Part shown: positions 29,059 through 39,248 of the stretch, one piece after another | How positions within the stretch are numbered: the stretch's first letter is position 1 | Layout of the letters: each line of letters starts with the position of its first letter | From: an uncultured Gemmatimonadales bacterium | GTDB lineage: Bacteria; Gemmatimonadota; Gemmatimonadetes; Longimicrobiales; RSA9 | DNA length: 64,000 nt | Assembly: GCA_963708135.1 (NCBI GenBank) | Contig: OY970192.1 | Coordinates: forward strand, 4,960,001 to 5,024,000 | Direction: 5' to 3' | Notes under the pieces: generated by a model | The model's input: the letters and a program-made list of their open reading frames with translations, nothing else | Database searches by the model: none | Told to the model about the DNA's origin: nothing | Program-made: the position numbers and the translations under genes

Positions 29059-32000
29059 CTAGTCCCCCGCGACGGGTATCTCCCACCCGGGCTGGGTGCC
29101 TGGCTCGGCCGGCCGGGAAGCGGGCCTGCCGGTGGGGCGCTCCGCCTCCTCGCGCGCGGGGCTCTTTGCTCGCGCCCTGCGCGTCAGCCGCGCCGCGAGC
29201 CAGCCGCCGAAGTCGTCGAAGTACGTGTAGGCCACCGGCACGACGACCAGCGTGAGCATGGTCGAGGTGATGAGGCCGCCGATCACGGCGCGCGCCATGG
29301 GGGCGCGGAAGCCGCCGCCCTCGCCCATGCCCACGGCGATCGGCAGCATGCCGAAGATCATGGCGGCGGTGGTCATCATGATCGGGCGCAGCCGCACGCG
29401 GCCGGCCTCGATCAGCGCCCGGTGGCGCTCCGTGCCGGCGGCGCGGCGCTCGTTGGCGTTGTCGACGAGCAGGATCGCGTTCTTGGTGACGAGGCCCATG
29501 AGCATGATGACGCCGATCATGCTCATCATGTTGAAGGTGTCGCGCGTGACGAGCAGGGCCAGGAGCACGCCGACGAGCGAGAGCGGCAGCGAGAGCATGA
29601 TGGCGAAGGGCTGAGTGAAGCTCTCGAACTGGCTGGCCAGGATCAGGAAGATCAGGATCACGGCCAGCAGGATGGCCTCGAGCACGTAACCGACGGTCTC
29701 GACGAGCTGCTCGGTCTGGCCGCCCAGATCGACGCCGTAGCCGGGCGGCATCTTCACCTCGGCGACGGCCTTGTTGATGGCGCTCGACGCCTCGGAGATG
29801 GAGAAGCCCGGCAGGTTGGTCGCGCCCACCGTCGCCACGCGCTCCAGGTTGCGGCGGTCGATCTCCAATGGCGCGCTGCCGCGCACGATGGTCGCCACCT
29901 GCGAGAGCGGCACGGTCTTGAGCGCGCCGCCCACGTTCTTGCGCGTCGTCGCGATCGGCAGCGTCTCGAGGTCGGAGAGCGAGGTGCGCTCCTCGGGCGC
30001 GACCTGCACGACCACGTCCCGCTCCTCGCCCGTGGGGTCCTCCCAGTGCGTGGCGGTCTGGCCGGCCACGAGCGGCCGCACGGTGGCCGCCACCTGGCCG
30101 ATGTCGAGCCCCAGGTCGTTGGCGACGCCGCGCTTCACGTCCACGCGGAACTCCGGCCGCGGCTTCCCGAGCGACGACTCCACGTCGGTGATCCCGGGGA
30201 TGGCGGCGATCTTCGCGGCCACCGCATCGGCCACCTTCTGAAGCTTCACCACATCCGGCCCGTGCAGGTTGACCTGCAGCGGCTTCTGCGGCGGGCCGAA
30301 GCCGGCCACGTCGAGCACGGCGATCTGGACGCCGTAGATCTTCTGCAGCCGGTCGCGGGCGTCGATCATGATCTCGGCCTGCGAGCGGCTGCGGTCCGCG
30401 GCGGGCACGAGCTTGACGTAGACCTCGCCGTGGTTGACCGTGCCGGTCGCGCCGGCGCCCACGGTGAGGTAGTCGTAGTCCACGCCATCGATGGAGCGCA
30501 GTGCCCGGTCGACGGCCAGGGCCTTCTCGCGCGTGTAGTCGAGCGAGGAGCCCTCGGGCGTGTGGAAGGTGACGGAGAACTGGCTCTGGTCGGACTCCGG
30601 CATGAAGCCGCCGCCGATGAGCGGGAAGAGCAGGAAGGCGCCGACCAGCGAGGCGAGGGCGAGGCCGAGCGTGCTCTTCCGGTGCGCGAGCGCCCAGCCG
30701 ATGATGCCGCGATAGCGCTCCGCCTGCGCGTCGAACCAGCGGTTGAAGGCGCCGATCGGCGCGGTCACGCGGCCGAGCAGGCCGTGCGCACGGGCGTGCG
30801 GCTCGACGCCCCACCAGGCCGCGAGCATCGGCGTCATGGTGAAGGAGACGAAGAGCGAGATCAGCACAGCGAACGCCACGGTCAGGCCGAACTGGAAGAA
30901 GAAGCGGCCGATGATCCCGCCCATGAAGGCGACGGGGACGAAGACGGCGACGATCGAGAGCGTCGTCGCCATGACGGCGAGGAAGATCTCGCGCGTGCCG
31001 GAGAGGGCGGCGCCGAAGCGGTCCTGCCCGAGCTCGCGGTGGCGCACGATGTTCTCGATCACCACGATCGCGTCATCCACCAGGATGCCGATCGAGAGCG
31101 AGAGCCCCATGAGCGTCAGCATGTTGAGCGTGAAGCCCAGGGCGCGCATGAGCACGAAGCTCGAGATGATCGAGACGGGCAGCGCGAGCGAGGTGATCGC
31201 CGTCGCCTTCCAGTCGTTCAGGAAGAGCATGACCACGAGCACGGTGAGCAGCGCGCCCAGCATGAGCTCGGAGATGACGTCGTGCACCATGGTGCGGATC
31301 TGGGCGGAGTTGTCGCGCACGACGCGCAGCCTGGCGCCCTGCGGCAGCACGTCCGACAGCCCGCCGATCGCCTGCTTGATGCCGTCCGCGACCTGCACGG
31401 TGTTGGCGCCGGAGACCTTCAGCACGTCGAGCGCGATGGCGCGGTTGCCATCCACGAGCGCGAGCGAGCGCTCGTCCTCCGTGGCGTCCTCCACCCGCGC
31501 GACCTGGCCGAGCCGCACGGGCTGGCCCTGGCGGTTGGCCACCACGATGTCGGCGAACTGCGCGGGATCGGTGATGCGCCCCGTCACGCGCACGAGCTGC
31601 TCCTCCGGACCGCGCTCGACCCGCCCCGCTGGCGCCTCGAGGTTCTGCTTCTGCAGCGCGGCCATGAGGTCCGTGGCGGAGACGCCCAGCGCCTGCATGC
31701 GGCTGGGCAGCAGGTTCACGCGGATCTCGCGGGTGAGCTCGCCCGCCAGCTGCACCTGCCCGACGCCATCGACCGCCTCGAGCCGGCGGCGGATCACGTC
31801 GTCGGCCAGCCGCGTCAGCTCCACGGCCGGCGTGCGGTCGCTGGACAGCGCGAGCGACAGGATCGGCAGCGCCGACGGGTCGAACTTCTGCACCGTGGGC
31901 GGCTCGATGTCGTCCGGCAGGTCGCGCCGCACGGCGTCGATCTTGGCGCGCACGTCCTGCGCGGCCTGGTCGCCGTCGCGGCCGAGGTTGAACTCGATGA

Positions 32001-32418
32001 TGATCTGGCTCACGCCCTCGAGCGAGACGGACGTGATCCGCTTGACGCCCTGGATCGGGTTGAACGCCTCCTCCAGCGGCCGGGTCACGTCGCGCTCGAC
32101 CGTCTCCGGGCTCGCGCCCTGGTAGACCGTCTGCACCACCGCCACCGGCAGGTCCACGTCCGGGAACTGGTCGATGGCCAGCCGCCGGAAGCTGAACACC
32201 CCCAGCACGATCAGCCCCAGCATCACCATCGTGGTGAAGACCGGGCGCCGGATGGCGACACCGGAGAGCCCGCCACCGTGCGCGGCCGCACCCAGCCCGC
32301 GGTGCAGCGATGCCGTGCCCAGCTCCTCCGGCTCCCGGGGCGCCCCGTCCCGCCCGGCGCCCGCGCCGTTCGGCCGCGCGCCGTCCGCGCCGCCGCCGTC
32401 GTATCCGTTCGTCGCCAT
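29059..32418 (-). CDS. RND efflux permease (AcrB/AcrD/AcrF family)
   Basis: AIRRPV, ILVDDAIVVIENI, GLVTKNAILLVD, RLRPIMMT. Confidence 0.95.
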   Translation of the reverse strand: MATNGYDGGGADGARPNGAGAGRDGAPREPEELGTASLHRGLGAAAHGGGLSGVAIRRPVFTTMVMLGLIVLGVFSFRRLAIDQFPDVDLPVAVVQTVYQGASPETVERDVTRPLEEAFNPIQGVKRITSVSLEGVSQIIIEFNLGRDGDQAAQDVRAKIDAVRRDLPDDIEPPTVQKFDPSALPILSLALSSDRTPAVELTRLADDVIRRRLEAVDGVGQVQLAGELTREIRVNLLPSRMQALGVSATDLMAALQKQNLEAPAGRVERGPEEQLVRVTGRITDPAQFADIVVANRQGQPVRLGQVARVEDATEDERSLALVDGNRAIALDVLKVSGANTVQVADGIKQAIGGLSDVLPQGARLRVVRDNSAQIRTMVHDVISELMLGALLTVLVVMLFLNDWKATAITSLALPVSIISSFVLMRALGFTLNMLTLMGLSLSIGILVDDAIVVIENIVRHRELGQDRFGAALSGTREIFLAVMATTLSIVAVFVPVAFMGGIIGRFFFQFGLTVAFAVLISLFVSFTMTPMLAAWWGVEPHARAHGLLGRVTAPIGAFNRWFDAQAERYRGIIGWALAHRKSTLGLALASLVGAFLLFPLIGGGFMPESDQSQFSVTFHTPEGSSLDYTREKALAVDRALRSIDGVDYDYLTVGAGATGTVNHGEVYVKLVPAADRSRSQAEIMIDARDRLQKIYGVQIAVLDVAGFGPPQKPLQVNLHGPDVVKLQKVADAVAAKIAAIPGITDVESSLGKPRPEFRVDVKRGVANDLGLDIGQVAATVRPLVAGQTATHWEDPTGEERDVVVQVAPEERTSLSDLETLPIATTRKNVGGALKTVPLSQVATIVRGSAPLEIDRRNLERVATVGATNLPGFSISEASSAINKAVAEVKMPPGYGVDLGGQTEQLVETVGYVLEAILLAVILIFLILASQFESFTQPFAIMLSLPLSLVGVLLALLVTRDTFNMMSMIGVIMLMGLVTKNAILLVDNANERRAAGTERHRALIEAGRVRLRPIMMTTAAMIFGMLPIAVGMGEGGGFRAPMARAVIGGLITSTMLTLVVVPVAYTYFDDFGGWLAARLTRRARAKSPAREEAERPTGRPASRPAEPGTQPGWEIPVAGD

Positions 32419-32422
32419 GGCC

Positions 32423-33577
32423 TCAGCTCCCCCGCACGTCCGGCCCGGCCGCCGCGGGCGCCGCGGCGTTGATCCGAACCTGCTGTCCCTCCGTCAGATC
32501 GCCCGGCGCGGCCACCACCCGGTCGCCGGCGGAGATCCCCGAGAGCACCTGCACCACGCCGCGCGCCTCATCGCGCGCGCCCAGATTCACGGCCCGGCGC
32601 TCGGCCCGGCCTCCGCTAATGCGCCAGACGTACGCGCCCGCGCCCTCGCCGCGCACGGCCGCGGCCGGCAGCACGACACTCTCGCTGGCGGTACCCGTCA
32701 GGATCCGGCCCGTGGCGAAGAGCCCGCCCACGAGCGCGCCGGCCGGGTTCGGCAGACGGACGTAGACGCCGACCTGGCGCGTGTCCGGGTCCGCCGTCGG
32801 CTCGACGCGCGCCACGCTGCCCCGCAGCGTGCGGCCCGGGTAGGCGTCCACCGTGAACTCTACAGGCATGCCGGGCCGGATGCGCACCGCGTCATCCGCC
32901 GGCACCTGGCCCGCCAGCTCGAGGATCCCCGAGTTCACGAGCGTGAGCAGCAGCTGCCCCGGACTCACCGCCTCGCCGTCACTGACGGCGCGCGCGCTGA
33001 CCCGGCCAGCCAGCGGCGCGGTCACTTTGGCCCGGCTCGCCGCCTCCTGCGCGCCCGCGGACTGCGCCTGCGCCGCCGCGAGCTGCGCCTCGGCCGCCTC
33101 GTCCGCGGCCTTCGCCTGCTGGAACTCGATGTCGGACATGGCGCCCGCGTCGTGGAGCTTGCGCGCCGACTCGAGCTGGCGGGCGGCGAGCGCCAGGGCC
33201 GCCCTCGCCGAGGCCACGGCCGCCCGCGCGCCCGCCGCCTGCCCCTGGATCCCCGCCGCCTGGATCACCGCCACGACCTCGCCCGCGCCCACGGCCGTGC
33301 CGCGATCGACCCGCAGGCCCGTGAGCACGCCCGGCACCTGCGCGCGCACATCCACCACGCGGTAGGGCTGGAGCGTGCCGCTCACCACCACGCCCGCGCG
33401 CAGGCTGTCGCGCGCGGCCGTCACCACGTCCGTCGGCGAGAGCACGAGCGCCGTCGTGGACAGCGCCCCCGCCGCCGGCGCCGCGTCCGCCGCGCCCGCG
33501 CCGTCCTTGCCTCCGCATCCCGCCGCGGCGAGGACGGCCAGGGCCAGCGCGCACCGGACTGCATCTATGTATTTCAT
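32423..33577 (-). CDS. RND efflux periplasmic adaptor (lipoprotein)
   Basis: MKYID...AAGC lipobox, VTAPLAGRV, LVGGLFA; ATGA overlap with the TolC gene. Confidence 0.9.
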   Translation of the reverse strand: MKYIDAVRCALALAVLAAAGCGGKDGAGAADAAPAAGALSTTALVLSPTDVVTAARDSLRAGVVVSGTLQPYRVVDVRAQVPGVLTGLRVDRGTAVGAGEVVAVIQAAGIQGQAAGARAAVASARAALALAARQLESARKLHDAGAMSDIEFQQAKAADEAAEAQLAAAQAQSAGAQEAASRAKVTAPLAGRVSARAVSDGEAVSPGQLLLTLVNSGILELAGQVPADDAVRIRPGMPVEFTVDAYPGRTLRGSVARVEPTADPDTRQVGVYVRLPNPAGALVGGLFATGRILTGTASESVVLPAAAVRGEGAGAYVWRISGGRAERRAVNLGARDEARGVVQVLSGISAGDRVVAAPGDLTEGQQVRINAAAPAAAGPDVRGS

Positions 33578-35130
33578 GGCAATGTCGTCTCCTCGGCGCG
33601 CACGCCCAGCGCGCGCTCCGCGGCGGCCAGCGCCGCATAGGCATCGTGGTAGGCCTGCACCTCGTTGATCCGGGCCTGCTGCAGCGAGAGGCGGGCGGTC
33701 GAGACATCGAGCTGCGTGGCCTGCCCCTCCTGGTAGCGGAGCTCCGTCAGCTCGTAGACCTTCTGCGCCTGCGCCGACGTGCGCGCCGCGGCCGCGATCT
33801 GGGCCTGGGCGCGCGCGAACTCGCCGCGCGCGCGGTCGTACTCGATCCTCACGCCCTCGATGAGCTGGTCGTGCTGCAGCTCCGCCAGGTCGAGCTGCGC
33901 GTGCGCCGCGTCCATCTCGGCGCCGCGCCGAAAGCCCTGGAAGAGCGGCCACTGCACCAGGAACCCGACGTTCCAGTCGTCGCGCCACTCGCCGCCGGAC
34001 GGGAAGCTGAACGTGGCCGCCGGGTACGCCTGCCGGTTGAGGTTCCCCGTGAGCGCCACCGTCGGCAGGTAGGCCGCGCGCGCGATCGAGACCTGCGCCC
34101 GCCGCACCGAGATCTGCTTCTCGGCCGCCACGACCGTGGCCCGGCGCGCGAGGCGGGGAGAGGCGGCCTGCAGGGTCGGGAGCTCGAGCGAGGCGACGGA
34201 GGTGCCGTCCGCCGTCGTCGCCTGGAGCTCGGTCGTCAGCCGCAGCTGCCCGTCCGCCGGCAGGTTCACCAGCCGCTTCAGGTTCAGCAGCGCCAGGTCG
34301 CGCGCGTTGCGCGCCTGCACCAGCTGCGGGACCAGGTTCTCGAGGTCCACCGCGGCGCGCAGCGTGTCCAGCTCGGACGCGCGCCCCGCGTCCTCCCGCA
34401 GCTTGACCTCCGCCAGGTGACGACGCGCCAGCTCGACGCTCTCCTCCATGATCGTCGCGCTGCGCCCCGCCAGCACCGCGTCGTAGTACGCCTGCTTGAC
34501 CTGCTGGGCGACGTCGCCGCGCGCCTCCTCCAGCGACGCCCGCGCCGCGTCCGCCGCATCCTCCGCCATGTCGATCCCCGCCCGGATCCTGCCGCCCGCG
34601 AAGATCGGCTGCGCCACCGTCAGCCCCGCCACCCACGTGTTCGGTCGCCCGAACGGCAGGTTGCCGAAGATGTCGCCCAGCGCGCCCAGCGCCGCGTTCG
34701 GCGTCTTGTCCTCCAGGTACTTCACCCGCTCCGCCAGCGACGCGTCCGGGTTCGGCTCGAACTTCAGCGAGTCCGGCAGCGTGAAGCCCACCCCCTGGTA
34801 GACCGACCGCAGCAGCCGCGTGAACGCCAGCTGCGTGTTCACCTGCGGCAGCGCCGACGCCCGCGCCGTGCCCACCTGCGCGCTCGCGTACTTCACCTGC
34901 GCCCGCGCGCCGCGCACCTCCTCGCTCCGGTCCAGCGCCCGCGCCAGCGCCGCCTCGAGCGACAGCGGCTGCCCCGCCGTGTCCGCCGCGGCTCCGGCCG
35001 GCGACCCCACGGCCGCCCGCGCTGTCCCCGCCGCTCCCCGCGCCCCCGCCTGCGCCAGTACGGGCCGCGCCATCATCAGCAGGACGGCCACCGTCATGGT
35101 CGCCGCCCCCGTCCCTCTCGCTCTCATCAC
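33574..35130 (-). CDS. TolC family outer-membrane efflux protein
   Basis: LSLEAAL, QPIFAGG, VKQAYY, RYQEGQATQLDV. Confidence 0.9.
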   Translation of the reverse strand: MMRARGTGAATMTVAVLLMMARPVLAQAGARGAAGTARAAVGSPAGAAADTAGQPLSLEAALARALDRSEEVRGARAQVKYASAQVGTARASALPQVNTQLAFTRLLRSVYQGVGFTLPDSLKFEPNPDASLAERVKYLEDKTPNAALGALGDIFGNLPFGRPNTWVAGLTVAQPIFAGGRIRAGIDMAEDAADAARASLEEARGDVAQQVKQAYYDAVLAGRSATIMEESVELARRHLAEVKLREDAGRASELDTLRAAVDLENLVPQLVQARNARDLALLNLKRLVNLPADGQLRLTTELQATTADGTSVASLELPTLQAASPRLARRATVVAAEKQISVRRAQVSIARAAYLPTVALTGNLNRQAYPAATFSFPSGGEWRDDWNVGFLVQWPLFQGFRRGAEMDAAHAQLDLAELQHDQLIEGVRIEYDRARGEFARAQAQIAAAARTSAQAQKVYELTELRYQEGQATQLDVSTARLSLQQARINEVQAYHDAYAALAAAERALGVRAEETTLP

Positions 35131-35615
35131 TCCATCTCCCCGATCCGGCCGCCGCTCCCCGCCTCGCCCTCCAGCCAGCGCGCCTGCGCCCCCTGGATGA
35201 CCTCCAGCATATGCGCGAAGAACGAAGCAAAAGTTTCAAGCCGCTCCCGCACCTCCGCGTCCCCCGCCAGCCCTCCCGACAACGCCCACTCGAGCAGCGC
35301 CCCCGTCTCCCGAAACCCCGACACCCACATCGACAGCATCCGCGTGTGCAGGTCCGGCGCGATCCGGTAGAAGTCGCGCCGATCCCCCCGCCGCGTCACC
35401 CGTTCCACCGATCCCATCCGCCCCAGCATGCGCGTGTTGCTGCTCACGCTCGCCTTGCTCACCCGCAGCGCGTCCGCGATCTCGTCCAGCGTCCTCGGTT
35501 CCGGGCTCAGCAGCAGGTAGCCCAGGATCCTCCCGCCGATCCGCGGCAGCCCGTCCTGCTCGAAGCGCAGCCCCACCTTCTCGATGAACCGCTCGACGCT
35601 CGGCTCGGTCTCCAT
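35127..35615 (-). CDS. GbsR/MarR family transcriptional regulator
   Basis: GLPRIGGRILGYLLL, TLDEIADALRVSKASVS (HTH), GDRRDFY. Confidence 0.9.
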   Translation of the reverse strand: METEPSVERFIEKVGLRFEQDGLPRIGGRILGYLLLSPEPRTLDEIADALRVSKASVSSNTRMLGRMGSVERVTRRGDRRDFYRIAPDLHTRMLSMWVSGFRETGALLEWALSGGLAGDAEVRERLETFASFFAHMLEVIQGAQARWLEGEAGSGGRIGEME

Positions 35616-35691
35616 CAATTCGCCACCGCCTCCCGAAGTTCTCGGCTCGGCCTCGCCCGCCGTTGCGGCGCGCGTCCGGCTGGGGCGGCTG

Positions 35692-35729
35692 AGTCTATAT
35701 CGTTCAGTACGTTCAGTCAATACTGTACG
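35692..35729 (-). promoter_or_regulatory. sigma70 promoter (TTGACT-N17-TAGACT) overlapped by a putative GbsR operator
   Basis: -35 at 35715-35720, -10 at 35692-35697; CGTTCAGT direct repeat and CGTTCAGT-N4-ACTGTACG imperfect palindrome. Confidence 0.7.
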
Positions 35730-35966
35730 ACGCCGCGGACACGGGTCTCGCTCCAGGCCCGCCGCGCCGGGGCAGCCGCTGTCCTCGCCGGCAGGCACGG
35801 GTCCGGGCTCTCTACCCTATGCGTCGAACGAGCGGGAGCGAAATCGACAGGGACCGGCGTGCTTCGGATCGCCGGCGTGCTTCTCTCTCGCCGAGACGCG
35901 GAGGGGCATTCCGCGGATCACCGGCGCGAGTCTCTCTCGGGCGAGGCGTCCCGGAGACGCGCCGGC

Positions 35967-37913
35967 TCAGCCGGCCTCCGTCTCCAGCGCCCTCCCCGCC
36001 TCCGCCCAGCGCTCGATCGCGCTCTCGAGCGCGGCGTGCGCGGCGGCGAGCTCGCCCTGCAGCCCCGCGGCCTGGCGGGAGCCTTCGCCGGTGGCGTAGA
36101 GCGCCTCGTCCGCGAGCCGCTCCTCGAGCTCGGCCACGCGCGCCTCGAGGCGGTTCACCTCGTGCTCGGCTTCCTCGAGGGCCTGGCGCAGCGCGCGCGT
36201 GCGTGCGCGTTCGTCCTTCTCCCGGGCCAGGCGGCCGCGGGCGGCGCGGCGCTCCTCGTCGCGGCTGCGCTGCGTCTCGGCGGCCGCGACGCGCGCAGCC
36301 TCCCGTGACTGGCGCTCGCGCTGCTCCTCCCATTCGCCGAAGGTGCCGGGGTAGTCCGCGATGCGCGCGTCCTCGAGCGCCCACACGCGGCCGGCGAGGG
36401 CGCCGAGGAGAGCCCGGTCGTGGCTGACGAGGATGACGGTGCCGTCGAATGCCGAGACGGCGTCCTCGAGCGCCTCGATCGACTCGATGTCCAGGTGGTT
36501 GGTCGGCTCGTCGAGGAGCAGCAGGTTGGCGTGGGCGAGGACGAGCATCGCCAGGGCGACGCGGGCTCTCTCCCCGCCGGACAGCGTCTCCGCCTTTCGG
36601 AGCACCTCCTCGCCCGAGAAGCCGAAGCGCCCGAGGTGGCCCTGCACCTTGCCGCGGTCCCAGAGGGGGCGCAGGTCGTGGACGATGTCGAAGAGCGCGC
36701 GGTCGGTCGGCACCTGGGCCATGTCCTGCCTGTACCAGGCGACGTCGATCGACTCACCGACCTCGAGCCGTCCGCCCTCGATGCCGCGCAGTCCCGCGAT
36801 GGCGCGGAGCAGCGTGGACTTGCCCGCTCCGTTCGGCCCCACCATGCCGACCACCTCGCCGCGGGTGACGCGGGCGGAGAAGTCCTCGATGAGGGTGCGC
36901 TCGCCGACGGCGATGTGGACGTGGTCGGCCACGAGCACCTGGTTCCCGCCGCGGGTCCGCGCCTCGAGGGCGATCGCCATGGCGCCCTCCTCGCCCGGCG
37001 GCGGGCTGAGCCGGGCCAGGCGGGCGAGGCGGGTGCGTCGCCCTTTGGCCTGCCGGGAGTTCTGGCCCGCGATGTTCCTGCGGATGTAGTCCTCCTGGGC
37101 AGCGATCGTCTTCCGCTGCGCGTCGTAGGCGCGCTGCTGCGAGAGGCGGCGCTCGGCGCGCTGGCGCACGAAGTCATCCCAGCCGCCGGCGTAGGCGAAG
37201 GCGGTGCCGGCCTCGAGGTGGAGCACGTGGTCCACGACGGCGTCGAGGAAGGCGCGGTCATGGCTGATGAGGAGGACGGTGGCGTCCAGGCCGCGCAGGT
37301 AGTCCTCGAGCCAGCGGGTGGTCTCGAGGTCGAGGTGATTGGTGGGCTCGTCGAGGAGCAGCACGTCGGAGTCGGCCAGCAGCTGGCGGGCGAGGCCGAC
37401 CCGGCCGAGCTCGCCGCCGGAGAGCCGATCGAGCGGCGTCGTGCGGGCCGCGACGGGATCGAAGCCGATGCCGTGCAGCACCGCGTCCACGCGCGCATCC
37501 ATCTGGTAGCCGCCCTCGCGGCGGAATCGCTCGAGGTCGTGGTCGTAGCGGGCGAGCTGCTCGGGCGTGGCGGCCTCGCCCGCCTCGCCGATGGCGTGGG
37601 CCTGGCGCTCGAGCGCGTGCTCGAGGGCGGCGAGCTCGGCGAACGGGCTCGCGGCCGCGTCCCACACGGTGGTGGCGCCGGGGAACTCGCGGTGCTGGTC
37701 GAGCAGCGTGAGCCGGAGCCCGGGCGCGCGGGCCACCGACCCGCGTGTCGGCTCGAGCCGACCCGCGATCACGTTCAGCAGGGAGGTCTTGCCGGAGCCG
37801 TTCCGGCCGATGATGCCCCACCGCTCGCCGCGCGAGACGGTGAAAGTGACCTCCCTCAGGATCGGCGTGGCGCCGAACTCGACGGCAACGCCGGACAGCG
37901 CGATCTCGCTCAC
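35967..37913 (-). CDS. ABC-F family ATPase (Uup/YheS-like)
   Basis: Two ABC domains (GRNGSGKT, GPNGAGKST, LDEPTNHLD twice), no TM segments, C-terminal coiled coil. Confidence 0.9.
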   Translation of the reverse strand: MSEIALSGVAVEFGATPILREVTFTVSRGERWGIIGRNGSGKTSLLNVIAGRLEPTRGSVARAPGLRLTLLDQHREFPGATTVWDAAASPFAELAALEHALERQAHAIGEAGEAATPEQLARYDHDLERFRREGGYQMDARVDAVLHGIGFDPVAARTTPLDRLSGGELGRVGLARQLLADSDVLLLDEPTNHLDLETTRWLEDYLRGLDATVLLISHDRAFLDAVVDHVLHLEAGTAFAYAGGWDDFVRQRAERRLSQQRAYDAQRKTIAAQEDYIRRNIAGQNSRQAKGRRTRLARLARLSPPPGEEGAMAIALEARTRGGNQVLVADHVHIAVGERTLIEDFSARVTRGEVVGMVGPNGAGKSTLLRAIAGLRGIEGGRLEVGESIDVAWYRQDMAQVPTDRALFDIVHDLRPLWDRGKVQGHLGRFGFSGEEVLRKAETLSGGERARVALAMLVLAHANLLLLDEPTNHLDIESIEALEDAVSAFDGTVILVSHDRALLGALAGRVWALEDARIADYPGTFGEWEEQRERQSREAARVAAAETQRSRDEERRAARGRLAREKDERARTRALRQALEEAEHEVNRLEARVAELEERLADEALYATGEGSRQAAGLQGELAAAHAALESAIERWAEAGRALETEAG

Positions 37914-38250
37914 TTCCTTGCGGCTCCCCTTTCCATGCGACGTCTCCCCGCGGCCTCCGCGCCGCGCGGCCCGCCTGCCCCGGGCCGAGGCGTCGTGGTG
38001 ACGGACCGCGGTGCGGTCCGCGCGAGAAGACTACCGTCCGCGGGCGCGTTCGCATACCCCGCGGCGCCAATCGGCGCGCGGCCGATCCGTGCCGGCTGCA
38101 GCGGGGGCGCGAGCGGGCCAGGGGGGCCGGCGGACTGGACCCGAACCTGCGGTGATGGAAGGCGGAGGCGGCGCCGTCGTCGCCTCGGGCGGGAGCGGGC
38201 CAGCGGTGGCCGAACCGCCGCGGGTGGAGCCGAATCGAGGAGTTCTCATC

Positions 38251-39108
38251 ATGAGGGGAATGGAGCAGGTGACCGCCGAGTCGAGCGGCACCTTCATGCT
38301 GGGCGGCGAGCTGCCGGTGCACCGGCTGGGCTTCGGCGCCATGCGGATCACGGGGGAAGGGATCTGGGGCGAGCCGCGCGACGCCGCGGCGGCGAGGCGG
38401 GTGCTGCGGCGGGCGGTAGACCTCGGCGTGACGCTGATCGACACGGCGGAGGCGTACGGTCCGCACGTGAGCGAGCGGCTGATCGCGGAGGCGCTCTACC
38501 CGTATCCGGAGGACCTGGTCATCGCGACGAAGGGCGGCCTCGACCGTCCCGGCCCCGGGCAATGGAAGCCGGACGGGCGGCCGGAGCGGCTGCGCGAGGA
38601 GCTGGAGGGCAGCCTGCGTCGCCTGAGGGTGGACTGCATCGACCTGTGGCAGCTGCACCGGATCGACCCGGACGTGCCGGAGGACGAGCAGTTCGGGATC
38701 ATGCAGGAGTTCCAGCGCGAGGGCTCGGTCCGGCTGCTCGGGCTGTCCGAGGCCGACGTGGACCAGATCCAGCGGGCGCGGCACTTCTTCACGGTGGCGG
38801 CGGTGCAGAACCGCTTCAACCTGGAGGATCGGGAGTGGGAGCCGGTGCTGGACTACTGCGGCGGGTCGGGCATCGCGTTCCTGCCGTGGTTCCCGCTGAA
38901 GATGGGCGAGCTCCCGGGTCAGGGCGGCCGCCTGGCGGCGCTGGCGGCGCGCCACGGGGCGACGCCGGCGCAGGTCGCGCTCGCCTGGCTGCTGGCCCGT
39001 TCGCCGGTGCTGCTGCCGATCCCGGGTACATCGAGCGAGGAGCACCTCGAGGAGAACGTGGAGGCGGCGGGGGTCGAGCTGAGCGAGGAGGAGGTGGAGG
39101 CGCTCTAG
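38251..39108 (+). CDS. Aldo/keto reductase
   Basis: LGFGAMR, DTAEAYG, ATKGG, DLWQLHR, PIPGT; GAGGAG RBS. Confidence 0.9.
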   Translation: MRGMEQVTAESSGTFMLGGELPVHRLGFGAMRITGEGIWGEPRDAAAARRVLRRAVDLGVTLIDTAEAYGPHVSERLIAEALYPYPEDLVIATKGGLDRPGPGQWKPDGRPERLREELEGSLRRLRVDCIDLWQLHRIDPDVPEDEQFGIMQEFQREGSVRLLGLSEADVDQIQRARHFFTVAAVQNRFNLEDREWEPVLDYCGGSGIAFLPWFPLKMGELPGQGGRLAALAARHGATPAQVALAWLLARSPVLLPIPGTSSEEHLEENVEAAGVELSEEEVEAL

Positions 39109-39248
39109 TCGCTCGCGGCGCTCGGGAGTGTGCGATCGTGCTCGCTCGCGCGCGTCTCTCTCGAGAGGCGCGAGAGACGGCCGCGTGGACCGGCGCCCGG
39201 CCACCCCCTAGATTGGAGCGGTTCCCCTCTGCCCGGAGCGAGCGCATC

